Source of the DNA: Cenococcum geophilum | Lineage: Eukaryota | NCBI GenBank assembly: GCA_050273025.1 | Contig: CP158635.1 | Span: forward strand, 24,614,001-24,678,000 | Reading direction: 5' to 3' | DNA: 64,000 nucleotides | Shown: one piece after another, positions 22,860-35,094 of the stretch | Numbering within the stretch: position 1 is the stretch's first letter | Layout: the number at the start of each line of letters is the position of its first letter | The notes under the pieces: generated by a model | What the model was told of the DNA's origin: nothing | The model's database searches: none | Seen by the model: the letters and a program-made list of their open reading frames with translations, nothing else | Translations under genes and position numbers: made by a program

Positions 22860-25800
22860 TATAAGGGGATCTTGTAGACAGGGGGCTATAAGGACACGAT
22901 TGGAACAGGATAGATTGGTAAGAGAGACGAATCCTTAAGGAGGTAAGGCCTCTAGGATCGTGGAGACTATATACTACGGGCACGTACCTCCGGCACGTGA
23001 CCGGCGACCATCTAAGGGGCGTCTAGGGGTTGTCCTAAGGGCAACCTAAGGTGTCCGCAATAATATCCCTTATATTGCCCCCCCCCCTTCTTGCAGTTAG
23101 CCCCTGATCGCTATTACCTTATAGTAGGGAGATTATAAGGGCTCGTCCTAAAAGAGGTTCGGAGAGATATTAAAGAGGTGTTAGTATGCCGCTATATATT
23201 ATCTATCTATCTAACCTCTGCTTTAAACTTTTAAAAAACCTTAATAAGGAAAAAATATAACTAGAGAAAAGACGTAAGGATTACTAGGAGACCTATTAGA
23301 AGCCTACTAGAAGCATACTAGTAACTACCTAGGCTAATATAGGGATTTTTATACAACTCTACTTCTAAGCCTTTATGCCGGTCTATAATCAATTACAAGT
23401 ATTATAGGCAATTTGGTGTTCTAGTATAGTTCCGTAGAACCTTTAGTATGGGATTTAACATACGGAGCCTTAGCTTGCCGTCGTCTTTAACTACTAAGAT
23501 ATAGTCTATAATCTTTTCTTATAATCCTCTTCTTATAATTCCCTGCGTTACTAACGCATTACTCCTATATTTACCCTTAGGCTATTAAATGCGGTTAAGG
23601 TATTAATTAGTTAGTTAAAGAGACTTATCTCTTAAAATTTAGTGCATGTGGTTTTAAATCTAGTAGTCCTATACCGTATATTTGGCGTAGCTCTACTACC
23701 TCGCAAATAGGGACATTTCGCGATAGCAATTATAGCTATTATACGATTGTCAAGAACGTCTATAACGTTATTCTTTAATACTATAGTATTGTTTTAGGTC
23801 TAATTTAACCCATATACGTCTTTAATTTAACGTCTTAATTACCTTCCCCTGGCCGCGTAGTCAGTTTTTATAAGGAAGTGATGGTTAAATAACTTATATA
23901 TGTGTTTCCTTCCTTTTAAATAGCGCTATTGTAATGGAGTTATATCGGTAAGGTTGCGGCTATTTACTAGAAGGGTATTGGATGGTAAAGTATAAAGACA
24001 CTTTGCTTATCGAGCTTGATCCTTTTCCTTAACACCTTACTTCCCATCATCAACCTTCGTCCAATTTGGACATATCTTCGATATATTATCAAGATTTTCT
24101 TCTTTTTTATCATTAATTTAATATACCTCTTCGTTCTCCTGCTAACTGCTCTTCTAAGTAAATTCTACAGCGTATCCTGGCCTTACCTTTACATATAGAA
24201 CCCCAACCCCTACTAACCCGCAACTAGTGCTGGTCCTACCTAAATAATTTTACCTATACGTCTTTAAAAGACTAGAAATCTAATAATAGGATTCTAGAGG
24301 CTTATAATAAGACGTACTGCGTCAGATCTAATACCTTTAGTCCTTATAATTAATACATACGTACCAAGAGCGGCAGTTACGTTAAGGTGAGCTTTTCTAT
24401 CCTTAATAGATTTCTATTACTAACTTTAATAGCCTAGGCCTAAGTAGCGACGTTCCTTTAATGTCCTTAACTACTATATCGCCCAGGCTCTCTCCCATTT
24501 AAGCGCTAATACTAAACGTCTAGGTCGAATTCGAGACTATACCATAGCCATCTACACCGCCCACAATTCCTAGTAAGCTAGCCAGCAACGCCTAATATAA
24601 GAGCAAGGTTAGTATACTAAGGATAGGGTAAGGGATAGGGGTAATAAGAAGAAGGTCGCTGTCTACTATAGGAAGGAGTTCGTGTATACGCGTTAAGTTT
24701 CGAAAGAGTATAACATAATGCGGTATTAGGTAGGTTACCCTTCGGGTACCTAGCGAATAGGTGACTAATAGTTGCTGTAGCAAGGTTTCGGTGGTTCTGG
24801 ACTATACCAGCCAGCTAACGTCTCTATTTATTCTAGGCTTAAGCGTATCTTTATTAACTATAAGCTTACGCCGCAAGAGCTTTATTAGTATTGGTTTGGA
24901 CCTAATATTAGTATTAAGCGTTTAAGAGTCTCTGCTCTAGCTACACCTTATTATCCTACCCCTATTTTTATGCCTACTTATACGCCTACTAAGGCATCTA
25001 GATCCCATTCTTATTAGCCATCACTTAGTAGCCTAATGGATACTAATCCTGCTCCTAATAATAATAAGGCATAGTGGCTTTTTAGATTAGGCATTTATGG
25101 TTTAGACTTTTAGGATTCGTTCTTATACATAGTAGTAATTAAGGACCTTAATTAGGTGCTTAGAAAGGCCTTATAAGGCTTTTAGAAAGGGCTTAGAAGC
25201 CCTAAGAATAATATTCCTAGTATAGATTAATAAATAGGAATGCAATTCTAGCAAAATGCCCTATTAACTCTATACTATATACGTGAAAAGGCTGAGGACC
25301 CGTCCTGCCTTAGGCTATAGCCCTATCCCTATGGTTTCCGGAGCCTATCCATTCTATATCCGATTTAACCTATTTACTCTTTTTACGAGCTTTCTTTATA
25401 GGTCGCGATAACACTATAGTATTAGAGCGCTTTCTATAACTTATAGATTATAGACCTTAGTCCCAATATTCTTTTAGAATATCTTCGCAATAATTAAGGT
25501 AATCCTCTGGTTCCTATATAGAGTCCTTAGCGGGCTAGCCTAGCTATTTAACTTTAAATTAAAGCTTGTTCTTAACAGACTTATAGTATAGTATAGCTTT
25601 AACCTTATACCACTCGCCTACTACCTTAGGGTGTTTAATTAGGCCTAAACGGAAGTTCTTTTTTAGCGGTAGTCTATACTATAGCTCTAGTAGGTTTATA
25701 TAAAACACTAGATATACACAGGCTATAGATAGGGGTAGCTGGAGACAATAGGCTAGCTTACTAATTCATTCCTTAACTTAGAAGGGACCTAGGTATCTTA

Positions 25801-28800
25801 TATTAAGCTTCTTTAATAGTTAACGGGTTTTAATATTTGTTGAACGTAATAGAACCTTATTACCTACTCCGAAATGCTTATCCTAGTACTTATAGTTATA
25901 CTAAAGTCTCTACTACTCTTAGGCATCTTATAGGCTCTGCTTTATATACTTCCATTACTCCTCCTATTCCTAGAGGTATCCTTATACTCTCCGGTAGATA
26001 TTCTTAAACTTCCTAGTAGGATCCTATAACTAATTATGCGGCCTTAGCCAGCAATCATTAAGTATACTATTAAACCTAAATAGTCGGACACCATAGGCAA
26101 TCTAGATTGGTGCATACTTATACAATATATATTGCTTTAAATTATAAGCGTACTCCGCGTATAGAAGTAGCTTATACTAGTTATCTTACTAGTAGTTTAA
26201 ATATATCTATAGGTAAGACTCCAGTTCCTAATTCTGGCGTTCCGTTTGCCTATCCGTCTATAGGTAAAAAGCCGTACTATAACGGTAGTCTATCTTTAAA
26301 TGGAAGTATAGATCTAACTAGTACTGACTTATAAAGACGCTGCCCCTATTAGTAATAATAAAGTGCAGCTAATCTACTTTAAGAAAGCATTTCTCCTTAA
26401 TTAGGTTGGCGAGCTCTTATATATTAATCGTCTTATTAATAGGAAGGTATTAGACGTACTTTAAAAACCTATTAATAAGTATAAGGACCGAATCGTATAT
26501 TCATCCTTAGCTATTTTTAAATAGCGGGAGATCCGTAATAAAGTCTATAGCGTAATATCGCTATAGCTTACTAGCGGGGGGAACTAATTTAAGTAGACCC
26601 TATGGCTTATGCCTGCGGATCTTATATACTTAATACTTCTTATAATAGCTAATGTACTCCTTTGCTTCCTAATTAAGCCTTAGCCAATAGTATTTGCGTT
26701 AAAGTAATTCCACTATCTTTGCTTAACTATAGTAGCCGTCTAGAGAATCATCATAATTCTTTATAAGAATCTTCTATTATAGATTTGCTTCTTATAGTAC
26801 CTAAACCTTACTACCTCTACGTAATAGGCCTATTGGGTCTAGTTCCTAATAATAGCGCCTAGTAGCTTTCTTTCCGTTACGTTTCCGGTCTACTTCTATA
26901 TTAAGAATGGTATAGGAAGCGTCCCTCTATTGCACCTTATAGATAAGGTCCGTTAACCTTTCGGATAGTTCCTAAATAAAAGCTATTTTGTTCTGTACTG
27001 CTCTAAGTATAAGACTAGATGGTACTATAGATCTTGTAACTCTTTAATACGTATACATTAGGAAGGCCGCTATAAGGTTAAAGTCCTTTAGTTATTATAG
27101 GGCTCTAAGTTCCGATTGCTCTATGGCTTCGCTATTAGTTTAAGGGGATAGCTTAGCAATTAGGAATGGTGTATTACTAGGTTCCAAGAATGTATTAGGG
27201 ATATCCTATTTAGGTATATTCAGACCCTTATTAGTAACGGACTGGGTATTAGCCGGAACGTCAGTAGAAACTAATAGGGCTTATACCGCCTAAGATTTAG
27301 TGTATAGAGCTATAAGTATTTGAGCATCCTATACCCGGAGCTTGTTCTGCAATATAGGGAGTAAGATATTTATTATCTATTTTCCTTCTCCCGTTTTAAA
27401 GCCTTTGGTATAGTCTGGTTATCGTAATGGTCTATTAGCAGGGTTATTTTCCCCTAGCTTATATTTAATCTTAAAATTAAATCGCGTAAGCTCCTCTGCC
27501 TATCTGGCTTATTAAGGTATAAGCTCCTTTATAGTTATAAAGTAGCATAGATTATAATAATCTAAGAGTACACGAGTGGTATAGCTTGCGTACTTAAGGT
27601 AGTGTCGCCACTATTTAAAGCAGTTAACTATAGCCAGCAGTTCCTTATCATAGGTATAATACCTAACTTTAGGTCCCTAGAATTTTCTGCTATAAAATGC
27701 TACTGGTTTTTAGTGGAGCCAAGTAGCGTCTAGATGCCTATTGGGTTATAGTAGGATACCAATAAGGGCAAAATTTAATATATTAGTAATTATTATTAAT
27801 AGCTAATCTAGGTTAAAATGCCGCAGCAATAAAGCTTTTATAAACTTTACGTAAAGTTCCTAAAAGGCCTCCTAAACCTTTCCGGGCCATAACTATAGCT
27901 TATACTATTTGGTTAGTCCCTTTTTAGTTTTCTTCCTTACCGCCTTTAAGCTTTTTGCTCCTTAGGTTAGGTCTTAGGAAGCTTCCATAATATAGTTAAA
28001 TAGGTATTAGGTGACGTCCAAGTAGTTATAAATAAAGCGCCTATAGAAATTAGTAAAGCCTAGGAACACTTAAATATCCTAGTAGCTCTCTAGCTCCGGC
28101 CACTTCTAGATTATCTACACCTGCACTAGGTCCATAACTATACCTGTAGGCATTATAATATAACCTAGGAACTTAACCTGCTTAGTATTAAAGATATACT
28201 TTAACGCCTTGGCGTAGAGGCCCTAATTATCTAAACATTCCAGCATTTCGCGGACGTGTTGTTTATATTAATCCTTATCTTCTAAGTAGATTAAATTATT
28301 ATCTAAATAGATAACGTATATACGGTTAACTAGTCCCCCTAAGGCTCTGTAAATATACAATTGGAATATTATAGGCGTATTAGCTAGCCCGAAAGGCATC
28401 ACCAGATACTTAAAGTAGCTATATTAGGTCTTAAAAGCGGTCTTCTACTTATCCCCTTCTTTAATACGGAGCCTATAGTAGGCGTCTTATAGATCTAGCT
28501 TTGTGAAGATCTTCGCCCTAGATAATCAATCCAGCATTTCACTAACTAGTAGTAGTGGGTAACGGTTCTTAATTATAATCTTATTAAGACTATAATAGTC
28601 TATGTATAGCCTTATGGTTCTATCTAGTTTTAGAATAAAGAGGATTAGTATACCTAACGGTAACTTATTAGGCTAGATCTACCCCTTTTCTAGTAACCTA
28701 TTAAGGTACTCTTGTAGAATCTTAAGCTCTTTACGCGAGAGGTTATAGATAGGAAGGTTTAGCGGTTATTTACCTTCTTTTAAATCGATTATATAATCGT

Positions 28801-31773
28801 ACTCCGAGTTTTATAGTAGGACTTTAGCTCTCTTACCCAAAAATACCCTTAGTAAATTCCTTAGGCCTGCTAGAATATTTAATAAATTAGGGTTATGTTT
28901 ATCCTCTACGTTATTATTAGGTAGGTTCCGGAGCTCCTTTAGGATGCTCACGGGCAGCGTTATATGCTATAGTGGTTGCTTATATATAGTTGCCACTATA
29001 TATTAAACCGTTGCATACGGTAGCCAGTAGAGGGTAGGGAATTCTTTAACGTAACGTTTGAGGTATTAAAGTATACTCTCCGCGTATTACTTAAGCTAGA
29101 GTAACCTATAGCGGTTAAAGTATCTTATAAGATCTTTAAGATCGCCGCCTCCCTATAATATCTCTGCGACCTATCTAGCAGTTCCCTATAAGGTCTCCAT
29201 TATAAAGGGGTTATTACCTATACTAGGCTTTATACCCATCTTACTATTAAATAGGGGTTAGATCTGATACTCCTTTAAGTATAGAGCGTATACTATTTCG
29301 CCTAAGGCTATATTCTTTAGGATATTCTTTAGGCTTATTAGTAATATACGCCCTTCTAAATCTTTATTATTTTACTATTTAAAGGCTCTAGTTTTAAAGC
29401 ATATCTTAGGATCTGCTTTTACTAGCTAAGGGTATCTAAGGATAAGGTTATAACCTATAAAGTTAGCCACCTAGAAGGGTTGCGGGCTAACTACCTTAGT
29501 GCAGTTATATATGTTAGTTACTAACACTATAAGCTTATAGGCACTATATAGCTTAATCCGATGCTTATTTAGGAAGCCTACGGTAGGTTTCCACCACCTT
29601 TACAATAGGATAAGTTTATGCTCTTTTACTAAATTATATCGTATAAGATTAATTTCGGCGCCGCTATTGTATAGTACTTAGAACTATTATACCTTACCTA
29701 TAGGGAGTGTTATTTCTAGCTTAATAGTAATATAGAGAGTTTTTCCTTCCGTATCTTGCCCTAGTTATAGTTAGGAGAGGTCCGCAACTAGGGCTTTTCT
29801 TTTTTTAGATCATTAGTGCGGTTATCGCCCTACTTATTTTTCTAATAAGATCTACCTCCGGAGTTTTCTCTTAACTTTTTAAAGTATTCCCGTAAAGGTG
29901 CCGGACGGGTATTAGGTTAACCCTAAAAGTCTTTCCCGTTATTTAAGGTTCCTAACTTTAACTCTTTTAAAGTTCTCTTTAAGAACGGCTTCTTTAAAGG
30001 TTAGGTCTACCCTATATTACTACTAGAGTGCCTACGCTTTTAGTAACCCTTTAGCTTCCTACCGAAAGAGGTCTAGTTCCTTACTATATCTTTAGCGTTT
30101 AAAACTGCTCGTTCGAAATCCATATATATAATAATCCGCGATAGGGCTTCTACGTGCTTTATTTTATTATAAATTACTAGCTTAATTCTAGCCTAGATAA
30201 ACCCAATTTTCTCCTTTTTACGGATACTACCGTCCTTATTTTTAAAGGGCTCTAAATCTATCTGCTAAGTACGAGTTTTTATAAAGTTTATAAACTAGCG
30301 GAAGTTATAGCGGTCTAGCTATATCCCATTCCAGAATAGCTCTATATTATTATATTATATAATATACGGATTTTAAGTCTATTTCTTTAGGAAGGTTTGC
30401 AGCTATAGCTATATAGTAATTTACTCTTTATTAAGCTAATTAAGTGCGATCTAGTTTAGCAATCGGTCTTTAATCTTGCTAATAATTTAGCGTATACGCT
30501 CTTTAGTATTATCTCGTATTATTAGTATCTTAAAGAAGTTGTCTACCTTATAAACCCAATCGTCTAACTACTAGGCGTTAGGTCTATAGCGGAGTTCTAG
30601 ACTACTAAAGGCCTTAGCTAGTTAGTCTATGTCCTTTTTCTATTTATAGCGTAAATAACTCTCTAAGTCTTCCACACCTCCTTAGGTAGGTACTAGGTAG
30701 CTCCCAGAAAGCCCTTAGCCTTAACTAGGTTATAAAAGAATTTACCTAGCTTAGATTAGACCCTATCAGATCTAAATTTACCCTTAGAGGGTTCTAATAT
30801 ATTTATTAGTGGCTTCCTCCCGTATAGCTTCTAAGAGCCTTATAATAGCTTTCTAATATCCATTTTAAAGGAGATTGGTATAGGGCTCTTAACCTTCTAA
30901 ACTTAGGCTTAGGGAGGCTCCTACTATAGAGGTAGTATTAGTACTAGTAGCTAGTGTAGGCTTCCCAACAAGGCTCGGGTCTTAAGTTAATAATTAGCTT
31001 AGATTACCTAAAAGGGTAGGCCCGCTTAGCTTATAAGCAGTCTATATACCGCTACTATACTAATTATAGGCTAGTAGTCTTCCAGGAGGGTTCTGGTTGG
31101 TTCCCTAATTAGATATATTAGTATATTCCTCTAGCATTTCTAGCTTAGGGGAAAATCTTAGAGTTACCTCTAGCGCTTAATCTTCTAATTAGCCTAGGTG
31201 GGGCTAGAGGGGTTCTAGCTGCTTTCCCGTAATATTGCGACCGTTATAGAGGGTATCTGTATTTTCCTTAGCGTTGCTGGTAACCGTAGGTGTGCGAGAG
31301 TCTTCGAGCTCCTAGAGCATCTGGGTATTAGGGCTCGTTCGGCCGTCTTGCCTAGAGGGTTATATTGTCGCAATCTCTCACTATTGGAGGGACCTTTCTG
31401 CCTTTGCGCGACGGCTTTCCATAAGGTATCCGTGGAGTTTCCATTTAGGTTATCGCGAGATTTAAAGGGAGGATAGTAGTTGTAAACAAAAGATGTAAAT
31501 AAATAATCTGGTCCTTAAAGCCGACTACCCTTCTAAAAAAGAGTAGGAAGGATTCGAATGTAAGGGGATCTTATAGATAGGGGGCTATAAGGACATAATT
31601 AAAACAGGATAGATTAGTAAGAGAGACAAATCCTTAAGGAGGTAAGGCCTCTGGGATTATGGAGACTATATACTACGGGCACGTGCCTCTAGTACGTGAC
31701 CGGCGACCATCCGAGGGGCGTCCGGGGGTTGTCCTAAGGGCAACCCAAGGTGTCCGTAATAATATCCCTTATA
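22860..31773 (-). mobile_element. Full-length Ty3/gypsy chromovirus, 8914 bp, RIP-degraded
   Basis: 215-bp LTRs at 22860-23074 and 31559-31773, TSD GCTAT, polypurine tract next to 23074. Minus-strand order is gag, protease (LYNSGAEINL ~29670), RT (LVMPFGLANTP, VIYLDN), RNase H, integrase, chromodomain (~25610-25460). Confidence 0.95.
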
Positions 31774-33525
31774 GCTATACGGATATCCTTAACCACTACT
31801 AATAGACGTTACGGAGATAGGCTTTTAAGGTACCGCTTAATATCTATAGGCGACTTAGTGTTATAAGACTCCTTAATCTAAGTATAGAGTAACGCTATAA
31901 TATAAGCGTCAAAGCTATAGAGAATTAGCTCCTCTATATAATAAAATAGCGCGCGCTCGGCTGGGATATTTCTTTAACCTAGGTGGTTTATATAGGTGTA
32001 TAGCGTAGAGTACTCTTAGGCTAATTGCTTGCCACTATAGTAATACCATATAACTATATATAGGTAGTTTAGCTTTAAGTGCTAAAGAGCTAGAATAAGT
32101 AGAGCCTAACGCAGGCTATTATAGGCGGATATTAACTTAGTACGTTCTCCCTAATATAACCAAATAAGCTTTACGGTCTTTTAATCACTATAGATTAGAA
32201 ACAGTCGCTCCTTAAATACTTTATTAGTACGTTATAGATTTATTTAATAGAGAAAAATGTTATCTAGTATCTTATAGGTTTTAGATATAAAAGCCTCTCT
32301 AGTTATAATAGGTCCTAGGTTAAACCTAGACGTCTATTGTAAGAGTATATATATTAGGTCCCGCCGCGCTTACGACAAGTTCGCAAGCACTCTCAGTCTT
32401 TTTGGCCGTATGGCGACGTGGAGGCGGGCCACGTTACAATAAAGCTGCCAAATAATAACTCTTTCTCCCTTAGCTCTTTAAGCTCTCCCTAAATAGTAAG
32501 AGTAATACTAGCACCTACTATACCGCGCTTCTTTATCTCTTTAGTATAGATATCTAGGATATTAGCATCCTCTAGGAGTTTGTTAAGAAGCTCCCTTACT
32601 CTTTTTTTCTTTAGTGCCTTGCGTAAACCTTTAGCCATTATAATCCATTTAAGCGCTAGGTCTCCTATAGATATCCGCTATAGCCTAAGACGGTTAACAA
32701 TTACCTAGACCTTCTCTGCAGCGGATATCTTCTCAGTAAATATTACGGATATTATAGGTATTTTATTAACTCCTACTTCTTTATCCTTTTAGGGATCTAT
32801 ATAGTTTAGCAGTAATAAGTAGGCTATTAAGGACCGCTATTAAGCTGTGGATAGCGATAGGGGAGATAATAGGGGAGACGATAGGGGAGACGATGGGGGT
32901 AGGATAAGACGGTTAATGCCCTTAGGCACTATATCCGCTGTATCTCTTAATCCTCTAGCGGTATTAGTTAATAGAGAGGGTAGTTTATTATTAAAAGCTT
33001 AAAAAGACTGGCTCCTACTAGACAAAATAGAGGGGTTTCTTTAACGCCTTTTAGATGCGCCTATGGCTGGCAGTTAGTTCTAGAAAATCCATTAATTAAA
33101 GAGCTGATTAAGGCAATTCTAATGTAGGTATTAACAGGATAATAGACATGGCGGTTGCTTATATTAATTTCGTTAAAGTTAATGGTTTGCCTTATATAAA
33201 CAGACCGGCTTGGCTTCCAAAAGCTTACTAAAGTGGCTCAGACCAAGAAACAGATGGATCGATCGAATAGGTTAGCTTGCGGATATTCATCGGTTTCTTG
33301 GTCTGAGCATGCTGAGTCAACATCGGTCCATAATAACGCCGAAATAGCCAAGAGACGTGTTCCTCTCAATGGTTGTCCCCCCTTCGCCCGAAATCTCAGC
33401 TTCAGCAACCCTCTGTACGTCATGCATAGTGATATCTGGCAGTTGTTGGACCCCACCAAGGCAGCGATCAACTACATATCGAGAAGGATCCTCAATTGAT
33501 GGTCATTTCAGCTTTTCGTTTTCGC

Positions 33526-34599
33526 ATGCGAATGATAGTAAATCTCGCTATTGTTGCCGCAGTACTCGCCGCTCTGTACAGAATTACGATGAGAAGCAGT
33601 TCTCCACCAGCTCAACGAACGACATGGACCTACAAAGCCCTCCGAGGATATTTCTCGCACGACGACGACCCTGCAAGCTGGGAGTTTCGCGCTGTCAGTG
33701 TTACAATCAATTTATGAGAGACTCCGCTGAAAAGAAACAGACAACGCGATCTGGCCTCGGTCTTCTTAATCGAACGTACGAAACAGATATTACGTTCGAT
33801 CCAACGCAGGAACGAACCCAGTGGGAGCGTTTTGAACACTACGTCCAACATCTCAATAGAGCCGACCCGGACAACGTGCGGTATAAGGTATTCTACATCG
33901 CTAGGCATGGTGAAGGAGTGCATAATGTAAAGGAGGCATCCGTCGGGCGGACCGAATGGGAAGCACGTCGTCTATCTTTCTACTACATCTCTTTCGATCT
34001 TGTTGACCAGTAACTAACAACTACTGTAGAGACGCTGGTCCCGCGTTGACGGCGATGGCGTTCTGATGTGGGCTGACGCAGCGCTCACATCTTTAGGTGA
34101 AAAACAAGCATCCGAAGCGGCGACGTTCTGGATCGACGCATTCAAGACGGCAAAGATTCCAATTCCTGGAACATTCTATTCGAGCCCATTGCGGCGCTGC
34201 TTGAGAACTCTAGAAATCGCCTTTGCCGAATTGGTCGCTTCTCAAGGGCGACCTTTCGAGCCAGTAATTAAGGAACTGCTCCGCGAACGCCTGGGAGTAC
34301 ACACTTGCGATCGGCGGAGTACCCGGACGTGGATCCAGAAGAACTATCCTGCGTTTGTGATCGAGGATGGATTGACAGAGGAGGATGAGCTTTGGGAGCC
34401 TGACGTTAGAGAGACATACGATGAGCATGTAAAACGAACGACTGAGCTCTTGGGCGATATCTTTAAGAATGATAGCAGTGCATTTATTTCGGCTACCACT
34501 CATTCGGGTGCGATCATGTCGATATTGCGCGCGACGGGATATGGAGAGATTCCTGTTGCAGCAGGCGCCATCTTTCCATTACTAGTGAAAGCTGAATGA
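33526..34599 (+). CDS. Histidine phosphatase / phosphoglycerate-mutase family protein (PMU1-like), 3 exons, hydrophobic N-terminus
   Basis: Exons ~33526-33693, 33741-33962 and 34030-34599 join in frame. Catalytic motifs ARHGEGVHN, DAALT..G..QA, SSPLRRC, ERLGVHTCDRRS and THSGAI. The start could be ATG 33499, 33526 or 33532. Confidence 0.92.
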
Positions 34600-35094
34600 G
34601 TTGCTCGGGGTTCCGAATAGTTCGGAATGAATCCAATTGCTCGATCATACCCTAATCCACCTAAAGTTGTTTTTCCCAACGATCTTTGTTGCTTAACAAT
34701 CTGGAAAGATGCGGAAGTGCATGATGGATACCGTTAGACCTGGATAGGTTTGTGTTCCCATAAGCGCATGTGATATAAAGCGTGATGGAGTTACGGGGAG
34801 ATGCACGGGAGAGGTACCTAAATAGATTGTAGCATATACTTCGGTCAGCTAACGCTAAACCCCTACCTGACCTAAGCCGGACTCTTTCAGCTTTAGCGTA
34901 AGTGGCGCCTCCCCCACGCCAGCAGGACGGCCGACCCGCACCGGCCACACCCTTGTGAACTGTCATTATGACTCTTTGGGAAACTTTTGAAAGAAGAGGA
35001 TATTCATCTCAAACATTCTTTTAATCAAATACTGGTCTTTCGTTTAGCTAGTTCCCGCTGCAAGGTGGCCCCTGCGGCCGTGCGTACAGGTCGG

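Larger units (their letters stand above)
20400..33149 (-). pseudogene. Academ-type (DUF6589-like) transposase, split by the Tc1 and gypsy insertions (ends approximate)
   Basis: Minus strand at ~32300-31870 gives RLFLIYSD*KTV...AL*HLKLNYL...EELILYSFDAYIIALL. At ~22680 it gives YKVFKHAIKLADI, and at ~21100-20890 NYLLEIL...AILVNSLVNICG..IDLNNELLNGELK. Family assignment is from recalled motifs. Confidence 0.7.
17155..33320. mobile_element. AcademH-like DNA transposon (RecQ-like helicase plus convergent transposase), RIP-degraded; ~5.8 kb after removing two nested insertions
   Basis: Perfect 9-bp TSD CATCGGTCC (17146-17154, 33321-33329). 22-bp imperfect TIR TTGTCTCAGCATGCTTAGACCA / TGGTCTGAGCATGCTGAGTCAA. 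Helicase relic on + and DUF6589-like relic on -, matching the described AcademH layout. Confidence 0.85.

Noticed and set aside
34661..34966. 101-aa minus-strand ORF downstream of the phosphatase
   Set aside because: No recognisable domain or supporting signals.
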